Positions 29,976-40,000 of a stretch of 64,000 nt of DNA are shown here, piece by piece. Made by a program: the position numbers and the translations under genes. The DNA comes from Candidatus Pacearchaeota archaeon (GTDB lineage: Archaea > Nanobdellota > Nanobdellia > Pacearchaeales > UBA284). The DNA is taken from NCBI GenBank assembly GCA_038886195.1, contig JAVZYK010000001.1, positions 529,106 to 593,105 of the forward strand, read 5' to 3'. Each line of letters starts with the position of its first letter. Position 1 is the stretch's first letter. The notes beneath the pieces are model-generated. The model was not told the origin of the DNA. It searched no databases and saw only the letters and a list, made by a program, of their open reading frames with translations.

Positions 29976-30055
29976 TTTTCCTAGATTTTTAAAAATTTAT
30001 TTAATTTTTATTTAAAACAGGAAATATTAATAAATGTTGCTTTGTTTGAGTTTTT

Positions 30056-30673
30056 ATGGTTAAAAAGAGTAAAAATAAAAAAAAGCAAAGAAAGTCTTGT
30101 ATTTGTAAAATATATCTATTCAGGCATGGTCAGACTTTTTACAATAAAAAGAAAATTTTTACTGGATGGAAGGATTCTAAATTAACTTCTCTTGGTAAAA
30201 AGCAAGCAAAAATTATTGCTAAAAAATTAAAAAACAAGAAATTTCAAATTGCTTATACAAGCGATTTATCACGATGTAAAGATACCTTAAAAGAAGTTCT
30301 AAAATATCATCCGGAATGTAAAAAAATAATAATTGATTGGAGATTGCGTGAAAGAAGTTATGGTAAATTAGAGGGTATGAGCCACAAAAAATTTATAGAA
30401 AGATATGGAAAAGAAAAATTCGATATATATCATAGAAGTTATGATATACCTCCCCCAAAAGGTGAAAGCATTAAAATGGTTGAAAAAAGAGTATTGGCTT
30501 TTATTAAAGATTTATTGAAAATTATAAAGAAAGAAAAAGTCAATGTAGCAATTTGCGCTTCCGGAAATAGTATGAGGCCTTTTAGGAGATATTTTGAACA
30601 TTTAAGTATTAAAGAAATGATGAAACTTGAAAATCCTTGGGATGATTATTTTGAGTATTCTCTAAGATGTTAA
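30056..30673 (+). CDS. Histidine phosphatase family protein (phosphoglycerate mutase-like)
   Basis: 'IYLFRHGQTFYN' RHG catalytic motif; 205 aa. Confidence 0.6.
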   Translation: MVKKSKNKKKQRKSCICKIYLFRHGQTFYNKKKIFTGWKDSKLTSLGKKQAKIIAKKLKNKKFQIAYTSDLSRCKDTLKEVLKYHPECKKIIIDWRLRERSYGKLEGMSHKKFIERYGKEKFDIYHRSYDIPPPKGESIKMVEKRVLAFIKDLLKIIKKEKVNVAICASGNSMRPFRRYFEHLSIKEMMKLENPWDDYFEYSLRC

Positions 30674-30733
30674 AGTTTTTAAATTTAAAGTTATTTTTAA
30701 ATTGGCTAAGGGAAAAACCGAAAAGATAAAAAG

Positions 30734-31297
30734 ATGATAACTTATCAAGAAATTTATGAAGCTTTGCGTAAAGAAAAATATAATGAAGCACTTCAGCAAT
30801 TGCCTTCTAATTTTTTGCAAGAAGTATCTGAATATATAAATGATAAAAAAAACATTTTATCTAGAGAGAGTGATTTTTTCTCTGATACTTTAAGAATGAC
30901 TAGGAAACAATTAGATAATGCTTTAAGTATAGTTAAAGAGTTATTAATTATAAGACAAAGAAAAGTATTAAATTTAGCTTTTGTTGCAGCAGTTACCGGA
31001 ATAAGTAAAAGAGATACAGAATCTTTATTAGAGCACGAAAAAGAGCTTTTTGACATTTCTGTGAGGCAGTTAGAACAAAATCAAAAATTGATATCAGAAA
31101 TTTTAAATGGCAAGATTGAGAAGAAAGATTTAAAAAATCTTTTTGTTAGATTCAAAGAAGATGTGCCTGCTTTTCTTGATGGAAGCGGTGTGGAGCTAGG
31201 ACCTTTCAAGAAAGGCGATGTAGCAAACTTGCCTAAAGAAATTGCAGAGATACTTTTGGCAGATGATAAGGTGGCACAAATCGAGGAAGAAAATTAG
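30734..31297 (+). CDS. GINS subunit-like protein (Gins51/Sld5-Psf1 family), tentative
   Basis: N-terminus 'ITYQEIYEALRKEKYNEALQQLPSNFLQEVSEYI' resembles the archaeal GINS A-domain opening (..L.elp.dfy..). Size of 187 aa is appropriate. Confidence 0.35.
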   Translation: MITYQEIYEALRKEKYNEALQQLPSNFLQEVSEYINDKKNILSRESDFFSDTLRMTRKQLDNALSIVKELLIIRQRKVLNLAFVAAVTGISKRDTESLLEHEKELFDISVRQLEQNQKLISEILNGKIEKKDLKNLFVRFKEDVPAFLDGSGVELGPFKKGDVANLPKEIAEILLADDKVAQIEEEN

Positions 31298-31313
31298 ATA
31301 AAAAAAATAAAAA

Positions 31314-31637
31314 ATGAAATTTCCAAAGAAAAGAAGAAGATATTGTCCCTATTGTAAAAAACACACTGAACATAAGATTGTGATAGTTAGTAGCGCAAAA
31401 CAAAGAGGCGCATTGAAAAAATTTTCAATAAATAGAGCAAGAAAACGAGGCAGAGGAAGGGGTTTTGGAAATCTTGGAAAATGGGGAAGTAAGCCTGCAG
31501 TTTCCAAATGGAAAAGGAAAACAAAAAGTACTAAAAAAACAAATATAATTTATAGCTGTACTGTTTGTGGTAAAAGTACGTTACAAAGAAAAGGAATAAG
31601 AACGGGCAAAGTTCAACTTAAGGAGGAAAGTAAGTAA
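31314..31637 (+). CDS. rpl44e: 50S ribosomal protein L44e (eL42)
   Basis: Highly basic, with zinc-binding Cys pairs 'CPYCKKHTEHK ... CTVCGKS'. Confidence 0.8.
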   Translation: MKFPKKRRRYCPYCKKHTEHKIVIVSSAKQRGALKKFSINRARKRGRGRGFGNLGKWGSKPAVSKWKRKTKSTKKTNIIYSCTVCGKSTLQRKGIRTGKVQLKEESK

Positions 31638-31638
31638 A

Positions 31639-32166
31639 ATGGTAGAAAAGAAGAAATTTATTGATGTTAAATTAAATGTGTTATCTACAACTGTCCAACT
31701 TTTAGCATTTAAACAAGAAGATCTTGTAGGAAAGGTTGTTAATTTAGATTTAACAAAATTTTTAAAAGGCAAAGGCGCAGAAGCAAAATTTTTAATTGTT
31801 AAACAAGACGATAATATTTTTGGAGATATTTTTTCATTTGAAATGTATCCTTCTTATATAAGAAGACTTATAGGACATAATGTAAGTATTGTAGAAGATT
31901 CATTTGTTATTAAAACTCAAGAAGCTCCTTTAAGGATAAAACCTTTTTTAATAACAAGAAAAAAAGTACATAGAAGTGTAAGAAAGGCTTTAAGGCAAGC
32001 GGCAAAGGATTTTATTGAAAAAATGATTAAAGACAAAACAAAAGAAAAAATCTTTCAAACAGTCATATCTGGACTTTTACAAAAACAACTTTCAAAGAAA
32101 TTAAAAAAGATCTATCCTTTAGCTGTTTGTGAATTGAGAGTTGTGAAAGTTGAAAAAACAAAATAA
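31639..32166 (+). CDS. rps3ae: 30S ribosomal protein S3Ae (eS1)
   Basis: C-terminal 'KKIYPLAVCELRVVKVEK' matches the conserved S3Ae C-terminus; basic; sits in a ribosomal-protein context. Confidence 0.6.
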   Translation: MVEKKKFIDVKLNVLSTTVQLLAFKQEDLVGKVVNLDLTKFLKGKGAEAKFLIVKQDDNIFGDIFSFEMYPSYIRRLIGHNVSIVEDSFVIKTQEAPLRIKPFLITRKKVHRSVRKALRQAAKDFIEKMIKDKTKEKIFQTVISGLLQKQLSKKLKKIYPLAVCELRVVKVEKTK

Positions 32167-32227
32167 AAATATTGCTAATAAATAAGAAAAAATTAAAAAG
32201 TATCTTTTTCTAATTTTTTATAAATGC

Positions 32228-32315
32228 GCCTCAGTAGCTCAGCGGTAGAGCGGCTGCCTTGTAATATCGAAAACAAGCAAGCAGTAGGTCGAGGGTTCGA
32301 TTCCCTCCTGAGGCT
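32228..32315 (+). tRNA. tRNA-Thr (anticodon TGT) with a ~16-nt intron at the canonical 37/38 position
   Basis: Acceptor GCCTCAG/CTGAGGC, D-arm GCTC-AGCGGTA-GAGC, anticodon stem GCTGC with loop CTTGTA[A], T-arm GAGGG-TTCGATT-CCCTC. The inserted 'ATATCGAAAACAAGCA' contains ACAAG, complementary to the loop's CTTGT, consistent with a bulge-helix-bulge fold. Confidence 0.6.
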
Positions 32316-32335
32316 TTAACAGAATAGGAATTGAA

Positions 32336-33616
32336 ATGTTAAATACTGAAACTCCTGTTATTTTGCCTTTGCTTAATGAAACTAGAGTTGCTCCTGCTGA
32401 GTCGATTTCCTTTGTGGAAGTCAATAATCCGGGTTTTTGGATTTGCCTTTTTTTTCTTGTTGTTATTTTCTTTTATTGTTGCTATCTAATTTATTTTTCA
32501 TTAACTATTAAAATAAAGAAACAAAAATTCAATTATTTTCCAACAGTTTCTGTGTTGGTTGACGCAAAAAATGCAGGCAATACTATAAAAAGAAGAATAG
32601 AAAATTTGTTAAAACAAAACTATCCTAAGAACAAGTACGAAATAATAGTTTATGATAGAAATTCTAAAGACAATACAGAAGCCATTTGTAGAGAATATGA
32701 AAAGAAAGGAAAAATCAAATACATTCGTGGAAAATATGAAATAAAAGGCCCTTTGCTTGATTTGGCTATAGAAAAATTAGCTAAAGGAGAGATTTTATTG
32801 TTAAGCGATCCTGATGTTATTTCTGAAAAGAACTGGATTCTTGGAATGGTCCAACCTTTTAAAGATCCCAAAGTTGGAGTAGTTGCTGGAACAGTTCATT
32901 GTGGAAACTATTATAAAGGCTTTTTTCCTTTGATGAGGGCTGTTGAAGACGAGTGGAGATTTGTAGCTCCGATGTTAAGAAACAGCGATACTGTTTTTCC
33001 TGTAGGAGCAAATCAGGCTTTGAGAAGAAAAGCTTGGGAACAAACAAAATTTGGAAATAAAGTTCTTGATGATTTGGACATAACGACGAGAATTATTGAT
33101 AAAGGTTGGAAATCTGTAGGAGTTAGTGCTACGGGAGTCGAAGAAGAAGTTGAAACTTTGCAACAATATTGGAGGCAGAGAACTAGATGGTATAAGGTTA
33201 ATATTGGAGAATATTTTGGTAAAACTAAATTCTGGAAAAAATTTTTAGAGGCGTTGCCACATTCAATACAATTGGTTATGGCCATATTAATGGTAGTTTT
33301 CTTTTTTTCATTATTTTCAAAAACCTTGTTATTTTTAGTATTATTGAATTTTATAATGTTAAATGCTGCCATGGTTATTGCTTTTATAAGAATAAAAACT
33401 GGCGTGAATTTTATTCCATATATTTCTTTATATCTTATTGTTGATACTTGGTTTTTTGTAGTGACGCTAATATACGTTCAAACAATAGGCAGATTTGTCA
33501 ATGTAACAAAGGAAGCTTGGCCTAGTTTACAAGCCGGAACTTATCACGCTGGAACTGAACTTAGAACCTGGTTTTTTAAATTCGGAAAAAAAGTTAAGGA
33601 TTATACTAAAATGTAA
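32336..33616 (+). CDS. Family 2 glycosyltransferase, processive type (membrane-integrated)
   Basis: 'LLSDPDVIS' (DxD) and 'QRTRW' (QxxRW motif of processive GT2 beta-glycan synthases), plus several TM helices. Confidence 0.8.
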   Translation: MLNTETPVILPLLNETRVAPAESISFVEVNNPGFWICLFFLVVIFFYCCYLIYFSLTIKIKKQKFNYFPTVSVLVDAKNAGNTIKRRIENLLKQNYPKNKYEIIVYDRNSKDNTEAICREYEKKGKIKYIRGKYEIKGPLLDLAIEKLAKGEILLLSDPDVISEKNWILGMVQPFKDPKVGVVAGTVHCGNYYKGFFPLMRAVEDEWRFVAPMLRNSDTVFPVGANQALRRKAWEQTKFGNKVLDDLDITTRIIDKGWKSVGVSATGVEEEVETLQQYWRQRTRWYKVNIGEYFGKTKFWKKFLEALPHSIQLVMAILMVVFFFSLFSKTLLFLVLLNFIMLNAAMVIAFIRIKTGVNFIPYISLYLIVDTWFFVVTLIYVQTIGRFVNVTKEAWPSLQAGTYHAGTELRTWFFKFGKKVKDYTKM

Positions 33617-33650
33617 AAAAGTTTAAGAAGGTTTTTTAATTAGATTTATT

Positions 33651-34034
33651 ATGATAAAAATATATGAAATTGAGCCAAATAATTTACAAAAGATAAAAAA
33701 TATTCTTGAGGCTCCAGACAGTGTTACAAATGAACTTGATTTCGAGATTGAAAAAGAGCAGGGTAAGGGAGTTATGGAGAAAGCAAAAGAATGGAAAATT
33801 AATGAATGGAAAAAAAATGGCTATATTTTAAGAGATGCTAAAGCTTTGGGAATTAATAAAAAAGTAAGTTTCTTGTATGTCTCTGCTTCAGAAGATTTTT
33901 TTGAGAGAAATGAAAAAAACATCATTGATTTGGGAGCAAAACCTCTAAGTGGCGAAGATTATGAGAATGTTAAAAATAAAATAGAAGAAAGTGAGGAAGA
34001 GGTGGCCGAAGGTCTTGGTTTCATTTTTAGTTGA
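33651..34034 (+). CDS. Hypothetical protein
   Basis: 127 aa, acidic C-terminus; no motif recognised. Confidence 0.35.
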   Translation: MIKIYEIEPNNLQKIKNILEAPDSVTNELDFEIEKEQGKGVMEKAKEWKINEWKKNGYILRDAKALGINKKVSFLYVSASEDFFERNEKNIIDLGAKPLSGEDYENVKNKIEESEEEVAEGLGFIFS

Positions 34035-34037
34035 GAG

Positions 34038-34556
34038 ATGGCAAAAAATAAAAATAAATCAGATATTTTAGAAAAAATTATTGTTAATGAAGCAATTGAC
34101 GAAACATTTTCTTGTGATTTTAAAGAAGACTTATATTCTGGAGGAAAAAATTTGACAATAAAATTTGAACTTGAACCTGAAGATGTATTGTATAGCCTTT
34201 GTTTTCAAAAGAAAATAAGTTTTGAAGATTTAAGTAACTTATTTGATTGGTTTGAACGAGAAAATAAAATATATGTTATAAGTAAAAAATTCAATGCGAA
34301 TTTAGAATTGTTAAGAAAAATGTCCAATAAACAAATAATGGAGTTTTTCAAAAATCATTACGATATCAAATATTTCTCTTATAATTTTTGTGGAAAAGAA
34401 ATTTATTTTTTCAGTTATTTAGAATCGAACACATCTTATCCGTATTATGGTAATAAAAAAGCAAATAGGATAGCTAAAAAAGGCATTTTTGATGAACAAA
34501 ACTGTAAAAATCTTATTTATTGTGCCGCAAGATACAAAGCAGACCACCGCTTTTAA
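34038..34556 (+). CDS. Hypothetical protein
   Basis: 172 aa; no motif recognised. Confidence 0.35.
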   Translation: MAKNKNKSDILEKIIVNEAIDETFSCDFKEDLYSGGKNLTIKFELEPEDVLYSLCFQKKISFEDLSNLFDWFERENKIYVISKKFNANLELLRKMSNKQIMEFFKNHYDIKYFSYNFCGKEIYFFSYLESNTSYPYYGNKKANRIAKKGIFDEQNCKNLIYCAARYKADHRF

Positions 34557-34632
34557 TTAAATCAGGTTTTTAAAAACTCAATCTTTTTAAATCGCATTTT
34601 CTTAGATATTTTTGAGTTGGAAGAAATGGAAA

Positions 34633-34705
34633 GGACCCGTGGTCTAGTGGTTAAGACGCAACCTTGACGTGGTTGAAATCGCTGGTTCGACTCCAGCCGG
34701 GTCCA
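34633..34705 (+). tRNA. tRNA-Val (anticodon GAC)
   Basis: GGACCCG acceptor; anticodon stem CAACC/GGTTG with loop TTGACGT; T-arm GCTGG-TTCGACT-CCAGC; discriminator A. Confidence 0.8.
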
Positions 34706-34743
34706 TCTATATAAAAATATAAAAAGAAACAAAAAGTAAAAAA

Positions 34744-35091
34744 ATGGCGAAAGAAGATAAAAAAACAAAAGAGGATGAAGATAAGATTTTTGCCTTTTTG
34801 TGTTATTTGATTTCAATAATTGGAGTGATTATTGTTTTGGCAACTAAAAAAGAAAGGACAGAGTTCAGCATTTATCATGCAAAACAAGGTTTGGTTTTGT
34901 TTATAACATGGATAATTCTTTGGGTAATTACAGTGGTTTTGGCTTTTATACCTGTTTTGGGATGGATAATTAACATAGTGATTTGGGCTTGTTTAGTTTT
35001 GCTGTGGATTTTAGGAATGATAAATGCGCTAACAGGAAAGAAAGTTCCATTGCCAGTAATAGGTGTTTTTGGAGAAAAATTTAATTTTTAG
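34744..35091 (+). CDS. Small membrane protein (DUF4870-like)
   Basis: 'IFAFLCYLISIIGVIIVLATKKERTEFSIYHAKQGLVLFITWIILWVI' fits the YLISIIG/HAKQ pattern of that family. Confidence 0.4.
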   Translation: MAKEDKKTKEDEDKIFAFLCYLISIIGVIIVLATKKERTEFSIYHAKQGLVLFITWIILWVITVVLAFIPVLGWIINIVIWACLVLLWILGMINALTGKKVPLPVIGVFGEKFNF

Positions 35092-35171
35092 AGATAACTA
35101 ATATTGGAGAGTAAAGAATTTAAGCAAAAAAACTTATTTAAGAAAAAAAAATAAAAGAGGCAAAATCTGAA

Positions 35172-37040
35172 ATGCCTTTACAAAAGAAAGCACAAGTTTC
35201 GCTATTTATAATTATAGCCATAGTTATTGTAGCTGTTGCTTTATTGATTTTTTTTATTTTAAGAGCCAGAGTAGCTGTTTTGCCATTAAATGTTCAGCCA
35301 ATTGAATCTTATTTTAAAGATTGTATCGATTTAAAGATTAAAGAAGCTACACAAGTAGCAGGATTGCAAGGCGGTTACATTGAACTGCCTGCATTTGAAG
35401 CAGGTTCTAGCTATATGCCCTTTTCTAATCAGTTGAATTTTTTAGGAATTTCTATTCCTTATTGGTTTTATATTTCAGGAAATAATGTGGTTAAAGAACA
35501 GAGGCCATCTTTGGAAGAGATAGAGAAGCAATTTTCAAAATATTTAAAAGAAAGAATTAAAGAGTGCGATTTTGCTGGCTTTAAAGAGCAAGGATATTTA
35601 GTTAATTTTTCAGGGGAACCTCAAATAGATGTTACAATTAAAGCTTCATCTATCGAAACTATTGTTTATTGGCCTTTAAGCATAGGTTTTGGCGAGGAAA
35701 TTGCCACTATTTCAGAACATAAAATTTCTACTAAAAGCAATTTTGGTTCATTATTTAATGACGCTTCTACAATATTTGATTATCAGCAAGAGAAATTTTT
35801 CTTAGAAAATTATTCTTTAGATGTTTTAAGACTCTATGCGCCAGTAGATGGTATAGAGATTAGTTGTGCTCCAAAAATTTGGCAAAAATCACAAGTTGAA
35901 AATGAAACAAAAAAAGCTTTAGAAGCTAATTTGGCTTTTATTAAGGTGAAAGGCACAGATTATAATTTAGCAAAGGAGCAAAACAGATATTTTGTTATTG
36001 ACACTGGTAAAAATATAAAGAGCAATGTAAATTTTTTATACAATCCTTTGTGGCCTTCTCGTTTTGAAATCTGGCCAAGCGAAAATGATTTTATGATTGC
36101 AGAACCTATTGGAATGCAGCCAGGCTTGGGAATTCTTAGCAGTTTTGGTTTTTGTTATGTTCCTTATCATTTTGTTTATGATGTTTATTTTCCTGTTGTT
36201 GTACAATTGACAAAAGGAAATGAGTTTTTTCAATTTCCTATCGTTGTGGTTATTGAAAAGACACAAATTAGAAATGCGACTATTGCAGAAGTGGGTAAAG
36301 TTGTTTTTGATATATGTAATTATAAAACTCAAAGCGCTACTTTTTTCAGTTATGATGAGAATTTAAATCCTTTAGAAGCAGAAGTTTATTTCAAATGCTT
36401 TAATCAAATATGTAATTTAGGCAAAACTAAAATGGAAGAAGGCAAATTTAGATTAGATGCCAACTTACCAAGATGCTATAATGGATTTATCATTGCAAAA
36501 GCTCCAGGTTTTAGAGAGAGAAAAATACAATTTACAACAACAGAACCATTTGTTATGAATCTATTTTTAGCACCTTTGCATGAGCTTGAAATAGAAATTC
36601 CAGATTTAAAAACTGGAGAATATGCTTTAATTAGTTTCATTTCTTCAGATTATAGTTTCAATTTATATTATCCTGAACAAAAAAGAATTAATTTAAGTGA
36701 AGGGAATTATAATATTTCAGTTTATGTTTTTAAAGAATCTTCAATAACCTTAGAATCACAAAAAGGGGAAAGTTGCATAAAAATGCCATCTTCGGGCATT
36801 GCAGGCATATTTGGCGGCATGGAGGAACAATGTTTTGAAGTTGAATTGCCTCAACAATCTTTCACTAATGTTTTATTTGGCGGAGGCAAAGTTCCTTGGA
36901 GTATTACAGAATCTGAGCTGAAAGGAAAATCAAAATTGATTATAGAAATAGAAAAATTTTCAGTCCCTAGAACTTTAAATGAACTTACAGATATTTACGA
37001 CTTGATTGAAAATGCTCAAGTTAATGTTCAACTTAGATAA
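35172..37040 (+). CDS. Large membrane-anchored extracellular protein, unknown function
   Basis: Signal anchor 'VSLFIIIAIVIVAVALLIFFIL'; 622 aa. Lies immediately upstream of the giant protein. Confidence 0.4.
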   Translation: MPLQKKAQVSLFIIIAIVIVAVALLIFFILRARVAVLPLNVQPIESYFKDCIDLKIKEATQVAGLQGGYIELPAFEAGSSYMPFSNQLNFLGISIPYWFYISGNNVVKEQRPSLEEIEKQFSKYLKERIKECDFAGFKEQGYLVNFSGEPQIDVTIKASSIETIVYWPLSIGFGEEIATISEHKISTKSNFGSLFNDASTIFDYQQEKFFLENYSLDVLRLYAPVDGIEISCAPKIWQKSQVENETKKALEANLAFIKVKGTDYNLAKEQNRYFVIDTGKNIKSNVNFLYNPLWPSRFEIWPSENDFMIAEPIGMQPGLGILSSFGFCYVPYHFVYDVYFPVVVQLTKGNEFFQFPIVVVIEKTQIRNATIAEVGKVVFDICNYKTQSATFFSYDENLNPLEAEVYFKCFNQICNLGKTKMEEGKFRLDANLPRCYNGFIIAKAPGFRERKIQFTTTEPFVMNLFLAPLHELEIEIPDLKTGEYALISFISSDYSFNLYYPEQKRINLSEGNYNISVYVFKESSITLESQKGESCIKMPSSGIAGIFGGMEEQCFEVELPQQSFTNVLFGGGKVPWSITESELKGKSKLIIEIEKFSVPRTLNELTDIYDLIENAQVNVQLR

Positions 37041-37083
37041 ATAAAAAATAGAATAAAAAGAAAATAAAAAACAGGAAATAAAA

Positions 37084-40000
37084 ATGAAAAGAATAGTTTT
37101 AATATTTTTTGTAGTTTTATTTTCAATTGTATTAATTAGAGCTCAAAATTTGCCTTTAGAAACTCTTCAAACGCCTTCTCCTCCTTCAGAATTTTATCAG
37201 AGTTTAGAAGCTTCGCCTTATCTTTATCCTAGTTATGAATCCAATCCTTGGATGCAGACACAATGGCAACAAGACTATTGTAATAAAACTGGAATGGACT
37301 TTTTAGTTATGATTGAGCCTTCTGCTTGCTCTCCAGCAGTTGTAAGAAGCGATTTGCTTGAAGAAGAAGATGTTCCTGTGCTTTGCAGGATGACTGCCGT
37401 TAAGATCAATCCTTTGATTCAAGTTCCTTATATTAAAAGCATTATTCCTACTGTAGAGAACAAATCTAATGAAATAGGGTTTGTTAATTTTATTCCTGCC
37501 AGGATTGCTTTGAGTTATGCTGCTCCTTTTGATAAAAAAAACGCAAACTTTGAGGGCGTGCCCACAATGAACAATTTAGGTTATTTATGGATACAATTGA
37601 AACAACAACCAACAGAATCGAAAATGCCAGATAATGTAAAAGTAAATATGTCTGTTAAGATAAAATACGATGTTGCAAGAACTTATGGAATTGTAGAAAA
37701 TCAGTTTGTATTGCCCTTGTTAAATCAGGATGAATGGCAACAACGTTACAAAGAATTTGGATTTTGGCGTGGAAAAGGCTACCTTAGATTACAAGAAGTT
37801 ACTGGGCCCAATACCGCGAAAATTGCCATTTACACAAATCCAAATAGTGCGCCGATTAGAGTTGTAGAACTTAGAGAAGGCGCTGATCCAAGTTTAAAGG
37901 ATGAAATAAAATTGCCAGGATTTTATTGCGGTGCAGGCGTTAGATTGAAACTTGATAAAATAACTACTCCAACAACAAGGGTAAGGCTATTAGTTAATGG
38001 AAACGAAATGGTTTTAGAAGGTGGAGACTATATTGGAGATTCTGGCTGTAAAGTTGATTTTATTAGTTCTAGTTCGAGTTATGGTGGCAGTGTAACTATA
38101 TGGTGTCCTACTGAAAGCAGAGTTTTAACAATTAAAGATCACAGTGCTCAAATACAAATAGAGGATGATGTTTTTGAAGCAGCAGTAGGAACTGAATTGA
38201 ATTTTAGTTTAAAAGAAAATAAAACAGGACATATTTATGTTGGTTTTATTGGTAAAGAATATAGCACAGAGGGCTTTACTGATTTTGTTTTGCTTTTCAG
38301 CAAAGGCAAAGATTATGAATCTATAAAAGAAGGAGATTCTAAAAAAATAATAAATGAAATTAACGAATATATTAAAAGAAATAGAGGAGCCAATTTAGAT
38401 GTATCTTATACCGAAACTCGATGGGTAACCGAATTAAAGAACTTTATAAAAGATAAACCTTATGCTAGGAATTTGAATTTTAATATCTTAAAACTTGGAA
38501 CGACAATAGAAATTGAAGGTCATAGATTTAAAGTTTTATCAGTTTCGGGTCCTGAACAAGTTTATTATACAAAAGACGTAGAAGCTCGTTATAAAGAAGC
38601 TATACAACGATGGAGAGATCTATCTTATGCTTATGCCAATCAACCAAGCCCTCAGGGATCTTATTATGGAGTTATTGCTTTAAGAAATGCGGCGAACTTG
38701 GCAAAAGATATGCATAAGAGAATAGATGAAGCTGAGTTGCTTAGAGAATTGATAAATAAATATGCTTCAAGTGAAGAACCAGAAATTATTGCAGAGGTAG
38801 ATGCTGCTAGAGAGGATCTAAGAAGAGCGACATTTGGTGGCAATAGAGTTACTTCAATAATGACTTCAATGGGAAGTTATTCTATAGAACTTATATCTAT
38901 AGAAAAACCAGGATTGGGAACAAAAGAAGCAAGAGTAGAGATTAATGATAGTCCTGCTGTATTGATAATTGATGATAATGTGGATAGCTGGGATGTTATC
39001 GATATTACAGAAAATAGTGTTAAATTTAGAAATGCTTCAAATGTAGAAGAAACTATTTCTGTTGGAAATTATAAATATTTAGGAAACACGAAAGTAAAAG
39101 TTTTAGGAACAACATTGAAAAGAGAAGCCAAAGTAACCATTTTGCCTTTTGAAAAAGAAAGAGAAACTATAACTAATTTTAGCGTTCAAATAGGTATCGA
39201 AAAAAGAGCCATAAAACTTGCTCCGGAAAAAACCAATGAACTTATAGAAAAATTGAACAAACAAATAGCAACTTTAGAAAACGTGAAAAATAACTTAGAA
39301 AAAATACTTTCTGTGTGGAGAAAAGCCTGTTTTGTTACTGCAGGAAGTTTATGGATTAAAAATTTTGTTACTGGATTGAGCGGTGAAGCTTACGCTAGAA
39401 AAATAGCGATGAAATCTTGGACTAAAGCCTGTGCTGACGTTGGCTTTAGACGAGAAATTAATGCTAAGAGTATTTCTGATTGTTACAGAATTAAAGAAAA
39501 AGAAATTAATGATGATATAAAACTTGTAAAAGAGGCGGTTAATAAAGCAAACAAATTCATTAAAGAAGTAAAGTCAGTAGAAGGGGTTCAAGTCAGAGGC
39601 GGCTTGTTTGGATTAAGTCAGATGACCGATGATAAAAAATTTATGGAAGTAGCTCAAAAGAACTTTCCATCTGATTTAAAAAATATTGAAATTTATGAGT
39701 ATAAAGAATTGCGAAGAATTACTAAAGGAGATGGCAAAATCGAATTTAGAGGAGAAATTTTTGATGATATAGATTCTTTATATGCGAAATATAAAGATGT
39801 TGACAGAAGCGAAGTTGCAAAAGTATTAGAAAGAAAAGTAACCTCTGGAGAGATTGTTTCAAAGATTGATGTGCTTTATAAAAATAATAGACTTTTCAAA
39901 GATGATGTTAAAGAACTTGTAGTAGATTTAGAACTTTATAAACAATGTCAAGAAAAACAATCTGTTTTATGTGAAGATATATTTAAAGGAAGTTTTGGCA

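Noticed and set aside
32239-32424. 61-aa minus-strand ORF overlapping tRNA-Thr, and an 84-aa ORF at 34562..34816 overlapping tRNA-Val.
   Set aside because: They coincide with high-confidence tRNA genes and are artefacts of the six-frame translation.
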